Shown here piece by piece: positions 36,406-49,419 of a stretch of DNA of 64,000 nt. The notes below the pieces were generated by a model. That model was given only the letters and a program-made list of their open reading frames with translations. It was not told the DNA's origin and searched no databases. The first letter of the stretch is position 1. The number at the start of each line of letters is the position of its first letter. Made by a program: the position numbers and the translations under genes. The DNA is taken from positions 140,988,001 through 141,052,000 of the forward strand of contig NC_042998.1 in the NCBI RefSeq assembly GCF_006345805.1, written 5' to 3'. Source of the DNA: Octopus sinensis (Eukaryota).

Positions 36406-38029
36406 GTAAGTGTGTTTTGCAAGGAATAATAGTGATTTTTTGGTGAGTGGAATGAGCTGGTGTCACAAGAGAGAAATTGTAACATTGGAATATAGAAATG
36501 TATGATAGTGGTGATGGCTTTAATGGCGGCAGGGTTTCAGTGATTTAACGGAGCGATTATCAGAATAAAGAAAAAAGAAATGTATGATTCTGGAGTAGGT
36601 TGGGTAGAAAGAATATCATACACAGTAATTTTTGTTTTGTTAACAGGTTCATCTAACTGGAAACTGTTTTCTATTCACGTGCGCCACATTCCTGGAAATA
36701 ATTCTTCTTAATGCTCTCCAGACCTTTTTCTTTCTTTTTCATTTCCTTTTTTTCTCCTTGTAGCTTTTATTTTTTTCGAAGATATCCAAGGCTAATGTGT
36801 GTATTTTAAATGTGAGGTCATTATATCGTCATTAATAGATAGTTACAAGATTGGCTGCAGCATTTTTCAAGCTCAGATGTCTGTCACGGTGGGGTTAATT
36901 TGATGCTCTACTGTCCAGTCTAACAATAAGTCCAAACAGATACAATGTACCTCCACAGTATCGTGATGCCATTACTATTCTAAAGCTGTCACAAATTTCG
37001 TTTGTGAATCAAAGGGCGAAAAAGTGGCGAGTATTTGCGCTGTGGAAGGAATCTAGTTTTTCCGCCAAGTTCCTGTTCACACTGTATATCTTACCGACGT
37101 ATTATAGACGCGCAAGCAAAACATATCTGCAACACGCTGAAGTGTGGGATCCAGAAATTGCATTGGTTTAAATAATACAGTATTTTTTTCTGCGTATTGT
37201 GTTATCGCTATTACACTGAATCTCCCTGAGATCTACGTTAAGGGCACACGCGTCTGTGGGGTGCTCAGTCACTTGCACGTTAATTTCCCGAGCAGGCTGT
37301 TCCGTTGATTGGATCAACACGAACCCTCGTCGTCGTAACCGATGGAGTGCCAGTTAGTATCACATGTGATACACAAGAAAGGCATACATACATTTCCTGG
37401 CATCCATGCATCATATGTGATACGCATATCCTTTTTTTTTTCAACCACCAGAGTAACTTGGTGCTTATGGAAGGAGAAGGAATGCTTTATATTACTCAGA
37501 ATATATGAAACGAGGGCTAACTAAAAGTCTGAAAACAGGCATGGACGTTCAGTACAAACTTATGAAAAGGATTTAGACAAGTAAATGATTAATAAAAGAA
37601 AGGTATTCTAAGTCAGTGGAGTTCAAAAGAAACCTCTTTAGTGTCAACTGAGACTGCAGAGTCTGTAAAACAATAAACTAAAAATTAGGTTTAGAACGAA
37701 TTTCAGAATATGAGCTGTTCTCTGTTGAACCTATCTGAACCTGTTTTCCGAAATCCAGCTTAAAGTCTGTTGTAGTCAGTTAGTGGAGAGCTTGATGGTT
37801 GTCCCTATAAAAGAGAAAATCTTGTGATGCTATTTCAAAACTTGCTGAAAAATTATCATTAATTAGCGGTACTAGTTGTTGGTCTTTGTGACTGCTTTTG
37901 CTTTAGATCGTTCATGTGTTATAATGGTAGCAGCTTTGTAAGGTGTCGCTAACGTCAGCGCTTTCCGCTTGGTAGCAGTTCTCCTGGAATTCCATTGATG
38001 TTATTTGTGCATTTCTTTTTACCTTATAT

Positions 38030-38378
38030 CTTTTTTCAGTTACGGAACTGTGACTATGCTGGGGCACCGCCTAGAAAGGTTTTAGTGAAGCGAATCGACT
38101 CCAGTACTTATTCTTATAAGTGTAGTACTTATTCAATCGGTTATTTTTGCCGAACAGCAAAGTTATGGGGACGTAAACAAATCAACACTGGTTGTCAAAA
38201 TGTGGTAGCGACACAAAGACACACATTCATACGACGGGCTTCCACACAGTTTCCGTCTACGAAAAAGTTCACTCACATGGCAGGGCCCGGGGCTCACGTC
38301 TAAGATGTCACGTAGTGGGACTGAACTCGAAAGTACGTGGTTGCAAAGCCAGTTTTTTAACCACGTAGCCATGCTTGC
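38030..38378 (-). mobile_element. SINE family B
   Basis: Diverged head, CORE-like block and tail. Confidence 0.7.
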
Positions 38379-38687
38379 ACCTATATTCTTAACTACAATT
38401 TATTATGACACCATCAAACTATTTCTTCCACCCCTCTTGTGGTTTTCAATCCACAAAATACTAAAGTGATAAAAAATGTTCTGCATGTTTTACTGCTTCA
38501 CAATTCCTACATTAAAGCTATTGCTTCTAATGTTATTGCCTTAAAACAAATGGAGCATTGGTTGTTCAAAGATGACATAATCTCCTAGACTAGGCATAAT
38601 ACATGCCCATTCAAGGAGATTATCCATTCAGATTTAAACAACTGCCTCCAAGCATTAGTGCCACATCTATGAGTCTTGATTATTTGA

Positions 38688-39072
38688 TTATTACCCCCGC
38701 CTTCGCTAAGGCGGAGTATTGTTTTCGATCGTGTTTGTTTGTCCGTGGATAAGATATCTCAAGAACTACTGCATGAATTCGGATGAAACTTTCAGGGATG
38801 TTTGGTCTCGCGACAGACACGAACTGATTAGATTTTGGGATAGATCCGGTACCGGACAAGGATTCTGGATTATTTTTCCTATTTTTTTGTCCTTTTTTTT
38901 TTGTAATTAATTTTTGAGAGCGGTCGGGTTCATTTATAGTATGCTCGTTTGTGAAAGTAGTCGAGTTTATTTCAGATATTCTCATTTTAAAAATCAACCC
39001 CGGCTAATCGTTGAAAGGATGTTGATGTTGCCTTGGCGGAGGTTTGCGATCTCTGAGTGCTTTTGTTAATTT
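38688..39072 (+). mobile_element. Non-autonomous Helentron-type element (HINE / DINE-1-like)
   Basis: 5' TTATTACCCCCGCC, sub-terminal inverted CCTTGGCGGAGG, 3' short hairpin GCGATCTCTGAGTGC, and T-rich ends. Confidence 0.8.
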
Positions 39073-39659
39073 TGTCTGTTCACGATCACGGAAGACGTCT
39101 TAAAATGTCTACCAAATTATAACGACCATCTTTCCAAAAGATGCGGTGGAATTCAATACTGCGCTGACACCTTACGCTTCAGACAAGAAGGATATTTTAC
39201 GTCTAATCCAAAAGAGACAAGAAGAAAAGATGTCACGGCCAAAATAGTAACAGCAAGCATGGCACTTGAGCATTTTTTGAATATGAAGCACGAGAACAAT
39301 ATTTACGTACGCTGTGGATATAACTGAGCTATCCGGGCCTTTGAGGAGAGGGTTTATCCAATTCACTCTAGATGCCCTTCCTTATTCTTAAGGAATTTTT
39401 TGCTGAAACTTTGGTTAAATTTTATTGTCATATCTTTTCTTGTTGACTCATTTTTGCCCGATGTAAACATGTATTTTTGAATCGTATTTCAACCTTTGTA
39501 TTGTTCTCAGGAGTTTTGAGCACTTTTGGCCAATTAAAATTTTTATTGTTGTTGTTATATTCACTTTACTTTACATGAAGTATTACTATCTCTGATTATC
39601 TCCCTTGAAATCAGGTTCATGGATTGCACGTAAATTATGGCGGCGTTGCTGTTTTCAAA

Positions 39660-39945
39660 GTTTTATTCTCGTTTTGAGGGAAGCTTTACTTCTTGGGCTC
39701 ACGTTTTTCTGCGCAACGATGTTGTTAAACCTCCGTTAACAACACCGTATGCGGGTCCTTTCAGTTTTCTATCACGCATGGATCAACTTTTCACAATAGA
39801 CCTTAATGGTCGTAAATACACTATATCAGTGGATAGACTGAAAAAGGCCTTCATAGAGAAAATTGTCCCTGTTTCCACTGCAGACGACACACACACAGCA
39901 TTACAAACACAGCCCGCACACCCCCTTCACATTCCAAGGCTACCA
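39660..39945 (+). mobile_element. Ty3/gypsy integrase C-terminal fragment
   Basis: HVFLRNDVVKPPLTTPYAGPF...FTIDLNGRKYTISVDRLKKAF matches the GPY/F module and the downstream VSIDRLK motif. Confidence 0.8.
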
Positions 39946-39949
39946 TTGG

Positions 39950-40165
39950 GATCAATCAGGTACCGGACAAGGATTCTGGATTACTTTTCTGTATTTTTTT
40001 TACTTAATTTTTGAGAGCGGTCGGGTTCATTTTTAGTATTCTCGTTTGTGAGAGCAGTTTAGTTTAATTCAGATATTCTCATTTTAAAAATCATCTCCTA
40101 CTAATCGTTGAGAGTACGTTAGTGTTGCATTGGCGGAGGATTGCGCTCTCTGAGTGCTCTTGTTG
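39950..40165 (+). mobile_element. 3' half of the same Helentron-type element
   Basis: Colinear with 38845-39065. Confidence 0.8.
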
Positions 40166-40194
40166 TAGTAGTAGTTGTTGTGTTGTTATTATTA

Positions 40195-40269
<75 letters not shown>

Positions 40270-40281
40270 TATCATTAATTA

Positions 40282-40317
<36 letters not shown>

Positions 40318-40719
40318 GAGTGTGAGAGCAGTGCATGCCATCAAAGTGACAATGGGGTAATATATACGAAGCCCAGTATACCCATCATGACTACCTGTCT
40401 GATAAGGGTACACCAGGCACATGCATCACAACCATATGTGCGCGACATGGTGATCTCATATCAAGATAAACAGCGCATGACCTTGTAGATGGAGCCCAGT
40501 TAGAATTTTCTTCAGGTCGAATAGCCCATCCCACTCAAAAGGTCCCTGAATAAGGATTGTTTAACGATGTTGAACGAACCACTCATGTTTCCAAAGGTGA
40601 ATTATTCAAACCCCAAAGAATCCCTCTCGACACACAGCTATGGTGCTCCTCCACTAATTCTGTTTGTGGTCAAAGTTAAGATCGGCAGCCACGAGGGCCA
40701 CTACCTGGTACTGCTGCTG
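40318..40719 (+). mobile_element. Short non-coding interspersed element between (ATT)n and (CAT)n arrays
   Basis: The 5' part recurs inverted at 56925-57030, and 40597-40693 recurs inverted at 46097-46193. Confidence 0.65.
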
Positions 40720-40781
<62 letters not shown>

Positions 40782-40810
40782 CCACCACCACCACCACCAC
40801 CACCACCACC

Positions 40811-40844
<34 letters not shown>

Positions 40845-40854
40845 TCACCATCAC

Positions 40855-40896
<42 letters not shown>

Positions 40897-40928
40897 TATT
40901 ATTATTATCATCCTCATCATCATCATCA

Positions 40929-41002
<74 letters not shown>

Positions 41003-41025
41003 TATTATTATTATTATTATTATTA
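40720..41025. repeat. (CAT)n(CAC)n(CAT)n(TAT)n compound microsatellite
   Basis: Directly visible; source of the poly-His ORF. Confidence 0.95.
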
Positions 41026-41832
41026 GTAGTATATTTTTTATATCGTGCTTTCACTTCACTACCGAGCGCAGCTCTGTGTGCCTTGGGTATATGCTGTGAT
41101 TTGTTGTGATGCTCTGATGGTTATTGTATGGAAAGTGTTCTGCGTAGGATGTGTGCAGTACCTAGTAGTGCAATTTTCTGTATGTTATATGTGTTTGTTA
41201 TGTATTTGTCTGAATATTTTTTTATCTTCTTGCCTAATGCACTTATTATGATAGGAATTGTTTCTGTTTTTAGATTCCACATTCTGGTTACCTCTATTTC
41301 CAGGTCTTTGTATTTTGAAAGTTTCTCCATTTCTTTTAGAGACACGTTGTCATCTGCTGGTATTGATACATCAATTAGAAAACTTTTTTTTTTCATGATC
41401 TCTGACAACTATATCTGTTCTGTTGGCCTTAATTTCTCTATCTGTGTGTATTGGCATATCCTAGAGTATGGTTGCTTTCTCGTTTTCTGTGACCTTTTCT
41501 GGTGTGTGCCTATACCATCTTTTTTCTGTTGTTATTCCATAATGTTGGCATAGTTTCCAGTGTATATAGGTCGTGTCTGTGAATATATTCCTTCTTAGCT
41601 AGGACTGGGCAGCTAGAGATAATATGATTTATTGTTTCTTGTCCATCTCCACATATTCTGCAGTTACTTGTTATATTTCTTTTCATTACATGTTTTTGGT
41701 AATTTCTGGTGGGGAGGCTTTGGTCATGTGCTGCAATTAAAAATTCCTCTGTCTCTGCTTTGAGTCCTGAGCTTCTCAACCATTGTTGGGATTTTTCTTT
41801 GTCTATTTCTTTTGCATTTAGTTTAGTCCAGT
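41026..41832 (-). mobile_element. R4/Dong-like LINE 3' fragment, subfamily A, flanked by (TAA)n
   Basis: QWLRSSGLKAETE, CRICGDGQETINHIISSC, LIDVSIPADDNV...KYKDLEIE. Confidence 0.92.
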
Positions 41833-41834
41833 TA

Positions 41835-43075
<1,241 letters not shown>

Positions 43076-43618
43076 CTGAAACCACAGAGATTTAGACATA
43101 TAATAATAATAATTTCTTCATTTATTATATAGTCACGAAACTTTATATTTGCATGGGAGAGAAAATTGTGATGTTCGTGTTTTCCTTGAGGGCATTAGTG
43201 ATGTACGGTGAAGTGGTTATAAGTTGAGAGGGGAGAATCGCGTCACGAATTTACATATTCGCCACCATGATGCAGTGTCTTCCACCGGATATGGAGGAAA
43301 TGGAAAGTTGTGGCGTTCATGCTTTTGCTGGAGGGTGTTAGTGATGTGAAGTAATGTAAAGGATGGAAATGAACTTACAACTGGAATTCAAAACCCGCTG
43401 TACCAAGTGGTGTTGTCATACAGAGAACAACGAAAACAAACAGCGACAACAATAAATAAAAGCGACGGAAGCGATGATGATGAGGAGGAGGTGGAGGATG
43501 ACGACGACGATGACGGCAATAATTAGGAGTAAGTGGAAGGTGTGGGAGATTAAATTAAAGGTAGTGAGTCTTTAATTTAGATCATTAAATAACGACAACA
43601 GCAATTTTAATAATAATG

Positions 43619-43673
<55 letters not shown>

Positions 43674-43686
43674 CATCAACAACAAC

Positions 43687-43755
<69 letters not shown>

Positions 43756-43756
<1 letters not shown>

Positions 43757-45195
43757 TATTCAGTGATGACATTATTATGAAATTTGACCATGAAAAGTGT
43801 GCCAAAGCTACCTTCAAATGCAATAAACTGACAGCTAATACGTCGACCCAAGTTGATAATGATACAATTATTAAGGAGCTGGATCAAAAAGGCTTTTATA
43901 AGCATCTTCGGGTAAATGAAGGGAAAAAGATTCAGCAAGGGCCAATGAAAGAAAGGATCATGAAAGCATATTATAGACGTGTCAAAATGGTCCTGAACTT
44001 TCTGAATAGAATTGCAGCTCTAAACTCCTTGGTGGTACCAGTTGTCCAGTATAGCCTTAATGTCATCAACTGGAATTTGAGTAAAATCCAATGTGTGGAC
44101 ATAAAGAACAGGAAACTGCTGACATTAAACAGGATGAATCACCCAAAATCAAACGTCTGTAGGCTCTCTCTTCCACGAAAGGATGGCGGTAGAGACCTAA
44201 TCCGAGTTCAACCGTTCTATAAAACGACTACAATAGGATTCCAAATGTACATCCAAAGTAATGATACAGCTTCTAAGACAACACAAACGGGGTAAGAAAC
44301 TGTACTCAGTCGCAAAGTCGACATATAAGTTCAGACGAGAGCTCAACCTCCCTGATTATAATGATGATAATGAGGACACACCAACCACTAAGGCAGTAAA
44401 AAATTCAAGGAAAAAGCCAAACAGAAAAGTTTGAAGGAAATGTCGCGATTGTGGAAAGAAAAACCATTGCACGGACTTTAGCCTAAACGATCCGGGGAAG
44501 ATGATGTAGGTATGAGAAGAACCCTAACAGTGGCAGCAGAGCATCGATTTGAAAGCCGAAATGGAAGGATTTATCCTAGTGGCACAAGATCAGAGTCTCT
44601 TGATCCGGAACTCTCAAGCTATTGTCTAGTACATAAGGGCAGGCAGAAAGAGTAGGCTCAGCAATGAAAAACTTGGGAGCATTGGCCACACTGTTGTCGG
44701 TTGCTCAGTCCTTGCTCCTACAGAATATAAAACCAGACATGATCGAGTTGGTCAATACTTGCACTGGAGCATATCCTGCACCCTAAAAACTGATAATATA
44801 CCATCCACAGCAAGTCTCTGAGGGAGAGAATGTTACCATCCTAAGGGATTATGGGATACATGCAGACAGGCATATAAATGATAACATGCCAGACATCATC
44901 ATCAAAGACACAAGGCAAAAACATGCCTGTTTCATTGATATGACAGTGTCTATTGATAGAAACATCTCACTAAACATCCCTGTTGTTATGAGTGCCCTGG
45001 AAAAAAGAAAGGTATCGACAAAATTTTTTACCAGATCCCAGGGAAACCAGCAATCTATGAGGTTTAAAAATATTGTACTGACATCAATCGGTCACATCCT
45101 CACGTAGTTTTTCTCCATCTTATATATACGTGCATTAGGTCTCTGGTTGAGACCCGGCAGGAAGATGAAACAAAATGGAATTCAAATGAATAAAA
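43756..45195 (+). mobile_element. Degraded R4/Dong-like LINE, subfamily B-like, directly after (TAA)n at 43608-43755
   Basis: FSDDI.MKFDHEKC, YKHL, NWNLSKIQCVDIKNRKLLT...LPRKDGGRDL, KAEMEGFILVAQDQSL and PDIIIKD...FIDMTV. Confidence 0.85.
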
Positions 45196-45587
45196 AAAAA
45201 CCACAATTATATTGATTTCCAATTTTGGCACAAGACCTCCCCAGTGCACAACTGTTACTTGTTTATCGATACCGAAATGATGAAAGGTAAAGTCAACCTC
45301 GGCAGAATTTGAATTCAGAATATAAAGGCAGATGAGATGCCACTAAGCATTTTGTATGACGCGTAAACGATTCTGTTAGTTCGCTGCCTTAATAATAATG
45401 ATTTCGGGGGATGGGGTAAATCGATTACATCCACCCCATTACACAACTGGTACTTATTTTATCGACTCTGAAAGGATGAAAGGCGAAGTCGACCTCGGCG
45501 AAAATTGAATGCAGAGCGTGAAGACGGACGAAATGCCGTAAAGCATTCCGCTCAGCGTGCTAACGATTCTGCCAGCTCACCGCATTT

Positions 45588-45603
45588 AATAATAATAATA
45601 ATG

Positions 45604-45676
<73 letters not shown>

Positions 45677-45684
45677 CGATGATG

Positions 45685-45745
<61 letters not shown>

Positions 45746-45800
45746 TAATAATAATAATAATAATAACAACAATAATAATAACAACAATAATAATAATAAT
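45588..45800. repeat. (TAA)n array
   Basis: Directly visible. Confidence 0.95.
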
Positions 45801-46536
45801 TTCATTTATTTGCCATAAGTGTGAAGGGTGAGGGTAACAATACAAAGACAGATAAAGTGTGGAGGTTTACATATAATGAAGAGATAGAAAAAAAGGGAGT
45901 ATACACGATATACACTGCAAAAGAAGGGACATATACATTAGCATACAAAGATTTTTAAAAAGTGGCGAGGGGGATGATAGAGAAGTAGCCCTTCTGATAC
46001 AAGAGGACCTCTAGGGATAATCGATGAACCCCACTGCCCGAGATTTACCTGAACACCAAGAGCAAGTGCCTCCTCCAATTTCTTCTCTCCGACTCACGTG
46101 GCTGCCGATCTTAACTTTGACCACAAACAGAAGTAGTGGGGGAGCACCATAGCTGTGTGTCGAGAGGGATTCTTTGGGGTTTGAATAATTCACTCTTGCC
46201 ACTTTCGCAACTTTCACCCACCTTTTATAAACTCATTCGAGGACAGCACTTCCCTCTCCACCCAATTTCCTTTTCAAGTGACTTCTTTAAGTCAATGAGG
46301 GCTCTACCAAAGAGGAATGTATCTGTTCTCATGTCTTTCAGCCTTGACCACCAAACGACGTCTTTCGCCACAGCCACCAGGCAAAGGTAAACTCGTTTGC
46401 CTAGCCGATTGAAGGAGGGCGGCGGGGCAATCATCACTACAGACCCAGCCGACAGACGGATCTGTCCTATACGTGACAGCAGCTGTTTGACATAACTCCA
46501 CAAGTCAGCAATGTCCGGACACTGAACGAGTGCAAT
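45801..46536 (-). mobile_element. Tx1/L1-like LINE 3' end with AATAAA and (ATT)n tail
   Basis: ALVQCPDIADLWSYVKQLL...VAVAKDVVWWSR...KRWVKVAK resembles the post-zinc-knuckle C-terminus of Tx1 ORF2. Confidence 0.65.
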
Positions 46537-46544
46537 AATGGTTT

Positions 46545-47118
46545 CAAATTTTGCCATAAAGGCAACTTTTGGGGGGAAGAGAGGAGTCGATTACACAAGG
46601 CCTAAACTTTTGGGGAAGAGGATAGTCGATTACAGCAACACCAGTACTTAAATGGTACTTAATTTATCGACCCCGAAAGGATAAAAGGCAAAGTCGACCT
46701 CGGCGGAATTTGAACTCAGAACGTAGAGACGGGCTAAATACCTATTTCCTTACTACCCACAGAGAGGACAAACAAGGACAGACAAACGGATTAAGTCGAT
46801 TATATCGCCCCCAGTGCGTAACTGGTATTTATTTAATCGAGGTCGACTTTGCCCTTCATCCTTTCGGGGTCGATAAATTAAGTACCAGTTACGCACTGGG
46901 GTCGATATAATCGACTTAATACCTATGTCTGTCCTTGTTTGTCCCCTCTGTGTTTAGCCCCTTGTGGGTAATAAAGAAATAGGTATTTATTTAATCGACC
47001 CCGAAAGGATGAAAGGCAAAGTCGACCTCGGCGGAATTTGAACTCAGAACGTAACGGCAGACGAAATACCGCTAAGCATTTCGCCCGGCGTGCTAATGAT
47101 TCTGCCAGATCGCCGTCT
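46545..47118. mobile_element. Nested / tandem SINE family C complex
   Basis: A minus-strand dimer with a plus-strand truncated copy (46841-46981) inserted between duplicated GGTATTTATTTAATCGA. Confidence 0.8.
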
Positions 47119-47121
47119 TAA

Positions 47122-47290
47122 TAATAGTAATAATAATGATGATGATAATAATAATAATAATAATAAAATAATAATAATAATAATAATAATAATGATAATA
47201 ATGATAATAATGATAATAATAATAATAATAATAATGATAATAATAATAATAATAATAATGATAATAATAATAATAATAATGATAATAATG

Positions 47291-47323
<33 letters not shown>

Positions 47324-47401
47324 TGATAATAATGATAATAATAATAATAATAATAATGATAATAATAATAATAATAATAATAATGATAATAATGATAATA
47401 A

Positions 47402-47441
<40 letters not shown>

Positions 47442-47475
47442 GATAATAATAATAATGATAATAATAATAATAATA
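47122..47475. repeat. Long (TAA/TGA)n array
   Basis: Directly visible. Confidence 0.95.
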
Positions 47476-48712
47476 CCCAAATCTGGATGAATAGTTAAGA
47501 TGGCCGACAACATACAAAAATATGAAAATTCGAAAGCTCTCACAAGTAACTCTCGATACTTTCACAGCCGTAAAATAATGTAGACAAATGAAGCGATGAA
47601 AACAAAAGGGTTATTATTCTTGAAGTACCGTTGAAAATTACGAAAGTGTAATTTTTCAATAAAAATAATTTATATTCAAAATCTCATAAATCTTAAAACG
47701 TCTTGTGAATGTGAATGATAATTATAAAAAAGTTATCTCGCTTCTCAGTTTTTTCTTCTTTTATTCCTTTTTTTTTCTTTACTTTTTCTTGCATTTGTTG
47801 ATGAAATATTCGCATCGGTCACACACACACACACACACACACACACACCACACACACACACACACACCACACACATATACACACACACACACACACGCAC
47901 ACACACACACACACACACATTACACACACAGACATATATATTATATAGACATACATTATATATTACACACACATACACACACGCATTCACACACTCATAT
48001 ATTTACATATAGAGATAGATACATACATATATACATGCATACGTACATACATGCATATATTCATACATACATACACACATACATACATACATACATACAT
48101 ACATACATACATACATACATACATACAATGTAGATATTATATCAATTCTTGCTGCCAAGCCTTCTTCCTTTGTTTAGTTTCTTTGTATTGTCTCAGAGCT
48201 CCTTCAACAAAGACCACTTAACTGCAAACCGTCCTGCTTGAAATCTATATTTCTTAATTTGTGAAGAACAACAGTTGTTGATTTGAAAAAAAAATCCCAC
48301 AAAAAGCAACCATTGTCATCTTCTACTTTTCTTTACAATTATGTGACTCATGAGCCGACGTGGCTGGCTAGACGTGGGCCACTCAGTATGCTAGAAATAA
48401 AAACAAAATTTCCAAAAATGTCGAAATCACAAAGCAGCGAATTGGCACGGTTGTTAGAATATCATAATAGACAGTATCGCGTTATATGTTCCGACCTTCT
48501 GCGATTTGCGTTCAGATCCTGCTGGGATCAACTTTGCCTATCATCCTTTCGGGGGTCGATAAAGAAAGTGAAATTCAGGGCAGTGAATTGACAGAACAAA
48601 CTGGTACTCCGTCGGCTACGACGTTGAGTGTTTCAGTTGATCAGATCAACAGAACAATCTGCTCGTGAAATTAACGTGCAAGTGGCTGAGCACTCCACAG
48701 ACACGCGTCACC

Positions 48713-48794
<82 letters not shown>

Positions 48795-49419
48795 GACAGA
48801 TAGACAGATGTAACGAATAGCTTCGTAGATTCTAATCCAGGATTTGAAACAGAATCTAGATTTTTTTCTACAAGTTCCTTTCCTACTGTTCTCGGCTTTT
48901 GCACATGGAAATTTATGAGAGTCAACTGTCACACTTACTTAAGTTCTATTATTTAAGTGAACATTCTTGGTTTAAATAAAGTTCGAGAGAGGTAAACTCA
49001 TTCCATTCCATAAGTCTCTGACCTATATCCAGTTTTCCAGCATATATAAGTACTGTAACCAAATTCGACTGTTTCTTCTTTCTTTCGGTGCCGACAGAGG
49101 AAGCACCTTATGAGAGGAACTATACAGCTCTTACCTTCTCTACTTTTCTAGACTCTCTTGCTCTTACTCTTACTCTCCTTTTTTTCCCACCAGTCTTCTA
49201 GCAGTTACTCCCAGAGGAAGTTATCTACCTACAGGATGGACAACTGAACGGCAAATAATTTGTGTACCACGATTTAAAGTACTTGTATCCTATATTATAA
49301 CGATGAAAATAAAAGACAATTTCAATTAATAATGAATTTTCTTGTCATTTATTTGCTACATATCATCGTTTTATACACACACACATATATATTTGAACGC
49401 ATATATATATATAAATATA

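Noticed and set aside
35836-36466. Several overlapping ORFs of 64-154 aa, including an acidic poly-E/Q/R frame
   Set aside because: Built from GAG/GAA/CAA/CGA triplet repeats with no domain; more consistent with a repeat-rich UTR or intergenic tract.
40567-41109. 180-aa poly-His/poly-Tyr ORF, and the many similar YI-, CV-, poly-I and poly-L ORFs across the window
   Set aside because: They are translations of (CAT)n, (TA)n, (TG)n and (TAA)n microsatellites with no coding signal.
43375-43425. Minus-strand MTTPLGTAGFEFQ followed by GTAAGT, and a plus-strand GCCACCATG at about 43261
   Set aside because: Very short frames; such motifs are expected by chance in 64 kb and have no supporting exons.
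49150-49330. Strong pyrimidine tract and AG followed by LPTGWT (WW-like) as a plus-strand exon
   Set aside because: No convincing donor, the similarity is only five residues, and the segment abuts the Penelope-like element.
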